A DNA stretch of 59,758 nucleotides, counting the filler, from Sluysia triapertura (lineage: Eukaryota): assembly GCA_046118255.1 (NCBI GenBank). It is 5 parts of 5 records of this genome, joined end to end, with 100 filler letters (N's around TTAATTAATTAA, not from the genome) between each part and the next. Parts side by side here need not be neighbours in the genome. Positions count along the whole stretch, not along the records: positions 37,716 to 48,593 come from JBJNIA010192151.1; positions 48,694 to 59,758 come from JBJNIA010189441.1; 3 more parts are not named here. One strand, written 5' to 3'. The stretch's first letter is position 1; each line of letters starts with the position of its first letter. Both the position numbers and the translations under genes were made by a program. The notes beneath the pieces were generated by a model that was not told the origin of the DNA, did no database searches, and saw only the letters and a program-made list of their open reading frames with translations. This document shows positions 46,729 through 59,111 of the stretch, piece after piece.

Positions 46729-48593
46729 TTATATTTCTGGGGTAGTTATTAACGTTATTTGAATGTTATTGTATTTGGATTTTTGCCCATTTATTTTAAA
46801 ACTATTTATAGACCAGTTAGGTTGTATATAACGCTCCTGAGTAAGTTGAGGTTTAGTAGATCCGTTTTTAGTATTTGAATGATAATAACTTACATTGTTA
46901 ACTGGTCTTGGAGGTATGGGTGAGGTAGTGGTAAACCCATAACCCAAAATTTTATTATTTTTAGGTGTTATAGTTGTCCAGGCAAAAGATGTAGTATTTG
47001 ATTTAAATGAATTTTGAATTTTACTATTATGATAGAGTTTATTGTTTATTTTAGTAGGTGGAGTTGATGTTGTATAATTTGTCTATTGTTTAGTGGTGTT
47101 ATTATGTGTATAAATATTCATTGCTTGATTAAACTTTTGTGGGTGTTCATGATTATGGGATGTATTAATGGGATAATGTGATGTTTTATGTTTGAAGAAT
47201 TGTTTATCTTTTGTATTGTGTAATGAAGTTTGTAATGTGTTTTGTTTTGTTTGTTTCGAGTTATTTTTGTAAAGATGTTTTGAAGATCTGGTGTGATTGT
47301 GAAAATTAATTACATGGTTTTGTTTATTGTTTATGTTAGATAATAGAAATTGTATTGTAATATCTTTTGTTGGTTTAGGGTTGTGATTTATTGTATGTGT
47401 ATCATTTTTTGTATTACGTGGTTGTTTTGATGAATGTGCAGTCTTGTTGTGTAGTATTTCTTGTGTTGGATGCTTGTTGTTTATTTCGGATAGTGTAGAT
47501 GTTTTATTTATGGGTTGAATGATGGTGTTATTGTTTGGACTGATGTTATTATTGTTTTTGTTTTCATAAGGTGCTTGATTTATGGTGGATTTATTGATGT
47601 TACTTAAGTGTATATGGTTCTCTTGTATTTTCTTTAGTTTCTTCTTTGTTTACTCAGTTTTGACTTATGTAAAAGAATAACGTATAAAAATTTATTTTGT
47701 AATCGGAGAATGACATGCTTATTCTTTAATTTTATAGGGCGATCTATATTTATGTTATTAAAATTGTTATAAGTTTCAATAAAATAATTAATGTTATACA
47801 CTTTAAGGAATTCATTACCTTGAATATTTGAATATGAAAGTTCTTTAACGGTCTCATCACTGGAGGCATAAAGAATACTGTTGAAATTATTATCATCATA
47901 TTTATGCGTATATCTTTCAGTGATGAGATCGTCATAATGACAAAAATTTTTTGATAAAACATACATAAACAAACAAACTTGGATCCATGAAACGTGGCGA
48001 CACAGATTTAAGAATGATAATGTTTTGCGATATAATTTATTATTAGTTGGTTGAGTACAGGATGATACGTACTTGGTCTTCAAAGATAGAGGATTAAAAC
48101 ATAAGTCTATGTTTAAGATGTGTATCAAAGTTGAGGGCGTAATATTAGTTTCAATAAAATAATAAGTATCAAATAGAAATTTAAAGAGTGAAAGTATATA
48201 TGAAGAATCGACCTTGCAGTTGTAAGGCTTGATTCTTGATATTTTAACAGTTAATATATTGTTTTCTTGACTTATAATATTATTCGAAATTAATATTGAA
48301 TTTTTATTTAATTTACAACAATAGAGATGATTGTTAATATAATAATTCAAGTTTACTGGATCTTTCAACTTAATGATTTTCAAGTATTTATTACTTAAGG
48401 TTTCAATATTAATCTTAAAGTTAGTTTTATTTACTAAAAATCTAATATTCGTATAAAATTCAATTAAACAACAATTGTGAAAATTTATTACATTTAACAA
48501 AATCTTATTCAAATTAAAAAGTTTATGAAGGTTTTTCCATCTGGCCGACCAACGTTTCGATGTCCAATCTGTAATTGACCTAACTAAAGAATA
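46729..48593 (-). pseudogene. Long orphan ORF with N/T/H/K-rich C-terminal half, interrupted, 5'-truncated by the gap
   Basis: ORF 47634-48512 is open to the contig end and continues through two frameshifts and one stop into ORF 46729-46947. Confidence 0.5.
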
Positions 48594-48693
48594 NNNNNNN
48601 NNNNNNNNNNNNNNNNNNNNNNNNNNNNNNNNNNNNNTTAATTAATTAANNNNNNNNNNNNNNNNNNNNNNNNNNNNNNNNNNNNNNNNNNNN
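48594..48693. other. Artificial contig spacer
   Basis: N + TTAATTAATTAA + N. Confidence 0.97.
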
Positions 48694-48708
48694 GAGAGGG
48701 GGGTTGTA

Positions 48709-48753
<45 letters not shown>

Positions 48754-48760
48754 ACTATAT
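48694..48760 (+). mobile_element. Polypurine tract plus TG LTR start, then (TA)n
   Basis: GAGAGGGGGG-T-TGTAGG followed by a (TA)20 tract at 48711-48750. Confidence 0.45.
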
Positions 48761-49086
48761 AAGTCAATATAGACTATATAAGTTAATAATTAATAGACAA
48801 ATTAGTAAAGGAATAGATAAGGAAAAATTTAAAATAATTTTAGCGTATGTCATATACCAATGTAATAAAAAGTGGCTGATTACAAAAAAACAGAATAGAT
48901 AAAGTTATAGATTTTGTTAATAAGAAAACTAGATTATGGGCAGAAGAACAAGCAGGTTGGAGAAATATAATAAAAGGAAAAGAAATCAGAAAGCAGAAGA
49001 GCCGATTAATTTAATTACGCAACTATTCGGCAATAATGACAACATTAAATACAGCCATACAAAGAATAAGGAACTCGTCAAATAAT

Positions 49087-50900
49087 ATGTTATTTATTAT
49101 AACATTACTAGCTATCTTTGATATGAATAAGACTAATGGAATAAAAGCATTTGATTGGAGAGCTGCAAAATTTTCTTTATTGGTCACAGAAGATTTACCT
49201 GAGTCAAGGCCAAGTCGAATACAAATAAAAGATACCAAAGTAATGAATGTTTACCAAGAGGGAAATTTAGTGACAACTTTAATGGGAAAATGTATGGTAA
49301 AACGATTAATTGCAATTTGGTATTGTGACTACCACAGCTAATCGTCTATAATAGAATTATCTAATGTACTCAAGCCATTTAAAATATTATCTAAACAATG
49401 TAGGAATAACAGATATTTAGTTTAAACAAAGGGGATAAGCTAAAAATATGTAATAACGAAAAAATAATTTACATTAGAACCGCAGGTAAGGTATTAATAG
49501 ACAGAACTTGCGTACAGAAAACAAAAGGAAAATTTACCATAATGTTATCGCACAAGAAACATTTGTAGTAAGTCTACAATCGCTTAATGAGAGTTTCGAA
49601 ATGGAAAATGGCACAATGATGTCACAATCACATTGTAAAAGCGATCAAACTATTTGTGACACAAGAAAATCGATATTAATTTATGAGCTGGACAAATTTC
49701 ACTGTCCACTGATATTTTTAAAGAAACAATTTAATGTGGTAGCCGGATTCATATATCAAGATAAAGATGAATATTCAATACAGGAAATAAGCAAAAATTA
49801 GTTAAGCAGAGAGAATATTGATAATATGCAAAGAAAAAGATTAGATGAAGTTGAAACACCAACAATATTAATGGCAAGAAGAGAGGAAGATGACTTAATT
49901 TTTATCTCAAAAGGAACAATAATTCTTTGCGAAAAGGAAATAACGGAAACAAACCATCAAGGAACCTATTTGTCTGAAAAAACAGTACAACAAGCTGAAA
50001 AATGAGTAGACGCAAAAAATGTAAAATTAAACACCTATTTTAACAATAAAATTGATTTTTACTACCATCTAGGTTTAATATCATTAGAAAAGATTTATCA
50101 AATTATGGTTACCTGTGATTGTCAAATAAATAAAGAAATTACGGACAAAATTAGCAGTAGTTATTACAAACCCGGATTTAGTTGCATCATTACTTCCATT
50201 AGATGAAAGAGTTTTTGGCCGACTAATTGGAGAGGTATTATATATTTACAAGAGTAAAAAAAGTAGAAGTGCAATTAAGGTCAAATACTGAATGTACAAA
50301 TGAATTACCTATATTATATAGTAAAATGGAAATAAATTTAGAACCGATAGCTAGAGTAATTTTTCCGAACAGCAAAGTTAAACCACAACTAATACATTGT
50401 TCTAATGCACCAGAATACAGAATAGATGGATATCGTTACCACATATGAGTCAAGTGAAAACTCCAGAAATTATAGGACTAAACGAATTAAAAGGAAAATT
50501 GAAATTTCTAGCTACAAAAAATAACCAAATTCCGGTATTTACAAAAATGATGACATTCAAGCGAATTGGCGGAAGATATTATTCCCAATAAAAGGATCAA
50601 AAAAGTTAGCAGAAATTGTACACAAGGCAAATGTTGAAAAGAACGGACAAGTGATTTCGAATTTCTATTAGGACCTGATCACTTTAAAAGAGCCGCACAA
50701 TATACACTTAAACATTAATATTAGGTCAGCGTTTTCTGCATTATTAGGAATCTATATAATAATTAAAGTAATTGCGCCGATAATTTCTCAAGCATTATCG
50801 GTAATTGGAATTTATAAAATTTCATTGTTTACATGGAAACTAATAATCGGATGTTTTCCATTTTTAGCGAAACATCTCTTGATTCATCATGAAAATGTGC
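49087..50900 (+). pseudogene. Chuvirus (Jingchuvirales)-type class III fusion glycoprotein, disrupted
   Basis: Signal peptide MLFIITLLAIF, then IKAFDW, KCMVKRLIAIWYCDYHS, TYFNNKIDFYY, LEKIYQIMVTCDCQINKEI, NPDLVASLL, GRLIGEVLYI, VEVQLRSNTECTNELPI, LEPIARVI, and a C-terminal TM region FSALLGIYIIIKVIAPIISQALSVIGIY. These follow chuvirus G motif order as I recall it. Several stops and frameshifts. Confidence 0.75.
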
Positions 50901-51099
50901 AAATAAATGCATTATGAAAGGAGAGACAACGGACAGGAGAAAAACAACAAATAGAAAATATAACTCTACAATCATTACAAAATAATGATAATGAAAAAAT
51001 TATTGAAAATCAAATAAATAGAGAGAGCCAGAAGAAAGGAATGTATCCTATCACTCCAACGTCACCACCGCAAGTTGTGCGAAAAACAATTGAAACAGC

Positions 51100-51471
51100 T
51101 CGAAAAGCCCGATGGTAAATATCAGAATAAATGGCAGAATGGTCTCAGTATTAATAGATACAGGAGTGAAGGCGTCTCTGATTAACGAAAATTTCTTAAC
51201 TAAAGCAGAAATAAAAAACCTTGTCAACCACACATCTCATATATCAGGAGTTACAGATGATGCAATTAATGTAATCGGTGTAATGAAAGCTACATTTGAA
51301 GTAGGACAAAATAAGTTAGAAATTAAATTAAGAGTCATGAAAAAATGTCCTAAGGAAATGATAATGGGAATGAATATATTGTCACAATTAAAAGTAATTA
51401 CATTAGATTTTGATCAAGTAAAGATAGTCGATCAAAAAGAACTATTGATGATGATGATGATGTATATGTAG
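51100..51471 (+). mobile_element. Retroviral-type aspartic protease
   Basis: VNIRINGRMVSVLIDTGVKASLI ... MIMGMNIL (DTG active site, ILG.D-like motif). Confidence 0.9.
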
Positions 51472-51799
51472 AAGAACCACTTTAGTTATTAAAAAGAAGT
51501 GAATATTTAATGCCAGATAAAACCAATAGTCTACTGACTGGCAGCATTATGTTTATTGCATCAGAGATTAATCAAGAAAAGTGGGTTATAGGAATAGCGA
51601 TTGCAATATGTAATAATTATGAAGTAATAATTATGTCCGCATTATAAATTATACAAACGATAACACATGGCTTTATACCGGTACTAAGTTAGGAAAAATC
51701 TTCAAGTATAAGATAACTGCACATATAATATTATAATGGAAGATAAAAATAAGACAGGAAACAAAAATAAGATTTATATAAAATTACAGCGTGAAATAC

Positions 51800-52455
51800 A
51801 ATATGAAGATTACGGAGAAATCGAAATAACCAATAAAAATCTAAAGAAAAAACAAATAGATCAGTTATATAATGTTATTTATCCTTATCCAAGAGCAGTA
51901 GCTAAAACAAATAGACATTGGAGATTCAGTAATAATTAAACGCGAAATACCATTAAAAATAGACAAAGTGATTTGTAAAAATCCATATAGAATACACGTA
52001 TGTAATCAAAAGGAAATGCAAGATCAAATAGATACTATGAAAAAGGCCGAAGTGATAAGGCCAAGTTTCTCTCCATTTTTATCTCCAGTTTTATTAGTCA
52101 AAAAGAAAGACGGCACAATCAGATTTTGGATAGATTTTAGGGAATTAAATAAAATAACAAGAAAAGATACATTCCCTTTACCAAGAATAGACGAACTGAT
52201 AGATAAGTTAGGAAACGCCATACATTTTATAACTCTTGATTTACTTATTGGCAGATAGAAATTGCATTCGTATTTCGTATTATCAGGATGTAAAAATGTT
52301 ATGGTGTTAATTGATGATATAATATTTTCTAAGGACTTTGACACACGTAAAGGATATTGACTATATTTTAAATAGATTAGAAATAGCTAGTTTGAAAATC
52401 AAACCTACCAAGTGTGTTTGGGCTGAGAAAGTCGAATTTTAGGAATACATTGTAT
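51800..52455 (+). mobile_element. Ty3/gypsy reverse transcriptase, internally deleted pseudogene
   Basis: PYRI...VIRPSFSPFLSPVLLVKKKDGTIRFWIDFRELNKIT.KDTFPLPRIDELIDKL...FITLDL. The PFGL block is missing; then VMVLIDDII and LKIKPTKC. No RNase H or integrase follows. Confidence 0.92.
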
Positions 52456-52699
52456 GAAATCATTTCGAAATTATCTTTATTAAAAAATTAGTTCAACTAC
52501 ATAAAGGAAGATATATTTATATACTTTTATTTGTTGATAAAGCATTAGTATGAAATATACAACAATTAATATGAACAATGCAAATACTGATGCAAATGTT
52601 TACGTAGAGATAGCAGAAGTACCAATTCCAAATTGTTTTTTCTGATTAATTATCATGGAATTCATTCCCATAATCCCAGATCGAATGGCTCCTGCAGGT

Positions 52700-53268
52700 C
52701 CATTATCTGTCAGAAGTACATGAATAGCACGTTTCTGAATTTCTACATTTTTTTGTTATTTCAAGTTTTTTTCGAGTTTCAACGGAAATATTCACTAAAT
52801 AAATACCCCAAGCCAAGCTCCAAAACCAACCAACCAAAAATTAACACATAATGTTGAACCTGGATGATTATTTTTGTAATTTGAGTTACTTTCCTAATTC
52901 GTTTCCTTTGAGAAAATATTGATTATTAAATTAATAAATCCACTCGTAATTGTCCCAAGCCCAGGTACTAAAATATTTAGTATCAAGCAAATGATGGCTG
53001 CTGGTAGTGGTATATTAGGTATCTTGTGGTAAATGTAAGAATTAGTTCCTGAAGGCACTTTATTACGACTAATAGATGTTGACTCATTTAAAGATTCTGG
53101 ATTAGTGTTATTATTTCCATCACAATCATCACCCTTCTTTTGTTCATTATACGAATGCATAGAAAATGAACCTCGGTAGTCAGATAATTCAAATGAATCT
53201 GTTGATATTTGACTTCTTGTTGAAACTCTTCTAGATTCCATAAATGTACTGGTAACAAAATCAAACAA
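52700..53268 (-). pseudogene. stum: stum/SPEC3-family membrane protein pseudogene
   Basis: IPNIPLPAAIICLILNILVPGLGTITSG, in-frame TAG at 52894-52896, then LCVNFW and, in another frame, VGWFWSLAWGIYLV. Confidence 0.8.
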
Positions 53269-53291
53269 AAATTTTGAATGAAGTTTCTCTT

Positions 53292-54520
53292 GTTAGGTTG
53301 TCATCACAACTCTCTAAAATCATTAAATTTCATTAAAAAATCATTTATCACTTATCTCATCGATTTTTCGGAAATAGTTAATGTCACTATGTTTATCAAG
53401 AATTTTAAATTATTAGAGAAATTGTTCACTATGTTAATGACATTAGTAATAATTGTACAAACATTCGTATGAGTATTATTAGACGTGTCAGTGATATCAC
53501 AACTCGTGAATCGTATAATATTTGCACAGAACTTATGCCTAAAGTATCCAAGCGTGATTCAACAGAATTTTATTTATCCAAAAATAAAATCGAAGTTAAT
53601 TCTAATAAAATTAAATTTACAGATTGCTCATAGTTTCAAGATCAAGACATAACGGCGTGGAATTCGCGAGTTTTTCTTTTGTTGAGTCTTTATGTAACTT
53701 AAATTTTCATTTTTATTTAGATGATGACTCCAGGGTGAAGCCAAATGATGTACGTGGAGATATAGCAATAAAATTTAAACTTTTTGTTCTAATACGAAAT
53801 ACAAAAATTATAGTTGCTAACGTCTTGATAATTTATTTCTTTGATTTGATCATCATCAAACTACGCAAAAGTTTTAAACATATTATTTATAACGAAATTA
53901 GACTCAATAATACAAATAAAGTTTATATAAATTTTGATTTCAAGATTAAAAGATCTATTAATCAACTAAAATTTTCTAAGCTAAATTCAATAGTTTATAT
54001 ACAAACATTGTTAAATTGGTATCATTTAAAGATAACCTTTCAAATATTACTAGATCGGCGTCAGATAACCTAAAACCCCTAAAATTATTAATATAATTAT
54101 TATTAATATTATTATTATTATTATCATTATTATTAACACCTTTTAACGAAACTTTAATAACTTTCAATTATTCAAAATAATATATTTACGTACTTTTCCT
54201 TCTGGGTATGTATGTTTGTGTATGTAATATTCAATAAGCACAGAAAGTGATCAATAAAATCATCTTGAGATCATCTCCTACATTCTACTTCAAGATTTCC
54301 GACGTTTTTCAGCACTTCATAATTTTCTTTCGTATATCTGGAATAAGCCAACTGCTAAAGTAACGTACAGAAGGATTGCTAAATTAATCTTGAAATCTAT
54401 TAGTGATGCACTGTTTAAAGACTAAATAAAGTGTATAATAAAGTACAACAAATTCATTACACAACATTTTAGTGAAACAATCAAATTATCTGTTAGTTTG
54501 TCATCACAACCCTCTAAAAT
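53292..54520 (+). repeat. Pair of ~30-bp direct repeats 1.2 kb apart
   Basis: GTTAGGTTGTCATCACAACTCTCTAAAATC (53292) vs GTTAGTTTGTCATCACAACCCTCTAAAATC (54492). Confidence 0.7.
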
Positions 54521-55966
54521 CCTATAAAATCCTATAAAAAGAAAATTTGCTTCTAAAAATAGAATAGAAGCTTCTAAAATGTTCTAGAACATTACATAGA
54601 TTTTCATTGGATGATGACTAGTATAAAAACTAGCATCAGTTTAATGAGAGTATCGCCATTTTAAAATTAGTTTGGTACAATTTGCAGTGTCTTTGTTGGA
54701 GGAATTGTGAAATTTTTAGTAATTGTTTGCAATTCGCAGTTAATTCGAATGATTGAAAATAACTCCTGGACTAAAGCTACTCAATTTCGATCCAATCATT
54801 GTTAAATTATATATTTATAGGTTTAATTTTATCTTTAGAAGTTGAAATGATAAACTATACTTAAATTTTCTATCATTTGTAAATTTTTAAGTCCTTGATA
54901 TATTGAGGGTTAATGTCAACTTAAAATATTTCAGTATTAGATTAAACGCTCTCGGAGTTTTAATCCGTAAATTAATTATTTTTATTATTTTTTTAATCTT
55001 ATTTCTAATATTATTAGAATTTTGTGTTTTATAAATAAAATTAACATTTTTGTATTATTTAATTCTTACAAGTTTAAGCATAAATTATTAAAGTTTTTTT
55101 AAAAAATTGTACTCTTGAGCACTTTTAAGACCCTAGCCACAAAACATTTATATTTAGACAAATTATTAGCTCACTTAGTTACAGAATCCGGACCCTGCTC
55201 AAAAAATATTTTGACGTAGATTAAGAGTTAGAAAAACCACAGCATATCTAACAAACTAGACGTGAACAGACTATTAAAATCAATTAATTTTGTGAATTAG
55301 AATCTTATTTTAATGTCTCGTATAAAATATTAATAAATTTTATTGGCCTTGTAATATTTATCATGTCCAAATTTACAGAAATATATTTTATCGAAAAATT
55401 CCCCTCAAAAATACAAAAATTTAACACATTGAAACATTAGGAAGACCTAATCGAAGTATAATTAATTATTTTAAGTAAACAATCTTCTTCATTAAAGGTA
55501 ATTGAAACACACCCAGAAAGAATCATATTAAGTACTTATTATCTTAGCTTTAATACACCAATAAATGATTAGGAATTTCTACTTTATATAAATCTATCGG
55601 TAGTACTATTTGTAAAAGTATTATTAGTTTGTTTATTGTATACATCAGAAAATAAAATTTACATTTTACTTATTTTAAACTAATATTTTTTCGAAATTTA
55701 TTTTACTATACAATGTAAATGTTTCTAAAATTATTTCCATCAAATACAAACACTATGTTTATCAGCCAATAAAATTGAAGTAAGCATTTATGAATAATCA
55801 AATCAAAAATTGTCATTTTAAATTATGTGGTTTTTAAAAATAAGAAAACAATTTCGTACAATAATAAAACAATGAATCTGTGAGACGATTTTAATTCAAT
55901 TTTAATATTGTTTTAATATGTTTTTTTATCATTGTCGTTTTTAATACATAATAAATAATAATAATA

Positions 55967-56291
55967 ATGACAATGATAATACAATTTATTGTCATAATAC
56001 TTGGATTTATAAATCACAATCATGTTAATAAAGCTCAACTAATTATTGATGACAAATTCGATATAACTCTAGGATCGGATAAATCGAATCCAAATACTAT
56101 CGATACAGACGTCATTTCAAATTCAAATAATGATTTGTGTACAAAATATGATCATGATAATCACATACAATGTTTTCAAGAAATTCCTTTACCGATTTAC
56201 GAAGTATTTGTCGGTGATGATGTTACAATGAATTGTCGTGTTGCCTATCAACGTGGTAAGTTACAATGGGCATTTAATGGCAAAATGTTGG
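55967..56291 (+). CDS. First exon of a Kirrel/nephrin-like Ig-domain cell-surface protein (partial)
   Basis: Signal peptide, then CFQEIP...VFVGDDVTMNCRVAYQRGKLQWAFNGKMLG, ending at a G|GTTAGT donor. Later exons were not confidently found. Confidence 0.7.
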
Positions 56292-57709
56292 GTTAGTTTC
56301 GAGTTTCCATGCATTTTATAATTATTGTGGTAATAGATAAAATTAAATAATTTTGAAATAATAAATTTAAAACAAAGCACCTTTTTCTAATGAAGCTAAA
56401 GTTAATTTAAGTTCAAAAAAGCTTTGTTTGTAATTCATAAATTTGATTTAAGTTTAGTCATCGTTTAGCATAATTATTTATTATTTATTGGTATATTTTT
56501 AAGAATTTTATCGATTTGTGAGTAAAGTCGAGCAATATCAACTTCTAAAGAAATCACATTAATTTGAAACCTTGTAATTAAATCGTTGATAATTCTATGA
56601 TGCATACTTGTATCAACCATATTTTATTATGCAACAGCATGAAAAACAACAACTTATGCATTGTTCCTAGCATCTCATTATTTAATAACATCGATATTGA
56701 CGATGTCATTGACACTTGTCATTAATATTACTGATATTGGTGATTATAAATTATTACATATTTTCAATTAGATGTGTACTACTAATCTTTCAAAAAATAT
56801 GATTCTAACAGTGATTCATTTCTACTTGTTTCCAATAGAGATAATTGCTACATTCCAGAAAATATTCTTTGCAATACAACTTCTACTATTAATTTTCTTT
56901 TATATCTCCTAGTGATAGTACTGACAGTGGGTTTTTTTGAAAGAAATCTATTTGCAAAGTAGTCTTCAATTTAAGACTTAGGTTACTACGAATGACCTAC
57001 CTATAGGATTTTTTCTAGGTTTATGAAACGTCCTGATGATTTATTTATGAATTAGTGTAAATATGTAAAATTCTTAATAATAAATGAATAATGCCAGTTT
57101 ATCAAAAATTGATAAACAAAATAAACTGGTTTTAAACATTACGTTTAAACATTCCAGATCCTTGTAATGTATAAATGTCTAAATTATTTAGCACTAAACG
57201 TACCACGACTGATCAAATGACCTTTTTTAATTTTTACTTTCAAAAATACTACGAAACTGTATTGTTTTTTTTACTATTTTACAATATGACTTTTAATTTT
57301 AAATATAGTTTTATATATAGGTACCGGTCAAATGACCGATGATGGTATACATCAAACCTTGGTATAATTTATATAATAAATATAAATCTCTTATGTAAAT
57401 TTAACAATTCAGAAATATCCATGTATTATTCCAGTGAACGTATTTAAATATGTTAAATTATTTTCACTTTTATTATCGTCGATTGATTTTAGAATATAAC
57501 ATTTGAGTTTTCGAAGTTGTGATTAATTTTTCATTTAAAATCGAATTATGAAGAGTGTCCAATAAGTAACACACAATTTTAATTTCTAATTTCTTATTGG
57601 TCAGTCAGTGTTAACAAATTTTTAAAAACTCAATCAGCAACATCTGGAAGTGCGTCCTTAAAAGATGAACATTGAACATTTTTCTTCCGAAACACATTTC
57701 TGGCCTACT

Positions 57710-57885
57710 TAGGGTTACCATTTTTTTTTCGCCAAACCGGGACGGTCAAATTTTTTTCAGCACCCCTCCCCAAAAAAAATTTTTTGTGTTTTTCATTGTA
57801 CATATATAATCAATTAATCAAATAACACTTAACGTAAAATCACAAAAAATGACAAAAAATAAAACCGGGACGGTTGGAAACCATA
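57710..57885. mobile_element. hAT-type MITE
   Basis: TIRs TAGGGTTACCA / TGGAAACCATA, internal AAACCGGGACGGT twice, perfect 8-bp TSD GGCCTACT (57702-57709, 57886-57893). Confidence 0.9.
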
Positions 57886-58359
57886 GGCCTACTGGTTTCA
57901 CTGATTTGTCATTGAAATTCAGCAGAACTGAAACGAGAACGTACTCAAGATTCACTAGAAATAATTTCTTTTCGCATGACAGCAGCAGTTATTAATAATC
58001 TGTTATTTCCTTTGGAAATATGATTGAAAAGATGCTTTAACCAATCAATCATTTGTCTATTTTTGATTGATTCCGCAACAGTGCTGTGTGGAGGGCAAAA
58101 AATATTTCAATTTATAAAAATTAAGGCTATTTTTAATTGTTTTTGTATTTTCATCAAACATTATTTTGATTAAATAAACTTCAATTAAACGACAACAATT
58201 TAAACTTATTTTTATTAAATTTAACAAAACAGGCTTAAGGCCTGAAACAACTAGGAAATTTAAAATTCCAATAAAATCTAATGAATTCACAAAATTTGTT
58301 TTATAAAAAAAATAAAACAATAAAACAAATATGTAGTTAAATAAGTGAAACAAACAAAA

Positions 58360-59111
58360 CCGAGTATACGAACTTGATCCAAACCTTTTTTATTTAAAAT
58401 TTCTACCATAGGTTTATATAGAAAAATAGATACTGGATTTATATAATGCGACACATTTGTCATAGTTTTCTTTAAGTCTTGAGCTTTTTTATTTGGTTCT
58501 AAAGTTTCTTTCAAACACAAAATACACATAAATAAGTAAAAGTAGCTAAAACACTGAATAAAGCAACATTATTGGCAGATTTTAGTAGCAAAACATCGAT
58601 CGATGGGCAAGACCATAAGCAACTCCAATCCATACCAAACCCACTGAATGTGTCTCTGCAGTATAAACATCACCCACAGTTGCAACAGCAATAGCAGAAT
58701 TTGCACGTGCAACCCCGATAAGGGCACGCATTATCAGAAATACTGTGAATGATGTAGTTGTTTTTGTATTTGGATACAAGTAATTAGCACTCCAAATCAA
58801 GTAACTCAGCAATGTACAAATATTTGTAAACATCATTTTTCTTCCGAAGTAATCTGACAAAGCACCAAAAATAGGTGAACACAAAAATTGCATAAAGCAT
58901 AATACAGAACTTAAAATACTGCCTAACAATACATAGATAATCCAATTAATTGTACTGAATGATTCAAAAACTGCTTTGCACCAACATAAAATTTGTCAAT
59001 TAAATTTCTCTTAAAACCATCTATAATTTCCGGATAAAGTGGTAAAACGGACGAGAAAGCCATTATATCAATGAGTAAGTAAATAAATAATATGAAAAAA
59101 TTTTGCCTCAT
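58360..59111 (-). pseudogene. MFSD10: MFSD10/tetracycline-transporter-like MFS pseudogene
   Basis: LLIDIMAFSSVLPLYP, MQFLCSPIFGALSDYFGRK, RALIGVARANSAIAVATVGDV, LKETL. Frameshifts and internal deletions; intronless. Confidence 0.8.

Noticed and set aside
56670-56760. Possible second Ig exon of the Kirrel-like gene
   Set aside because: Ig-like words appear only with frameshifts and there is no clean splice acceptor.
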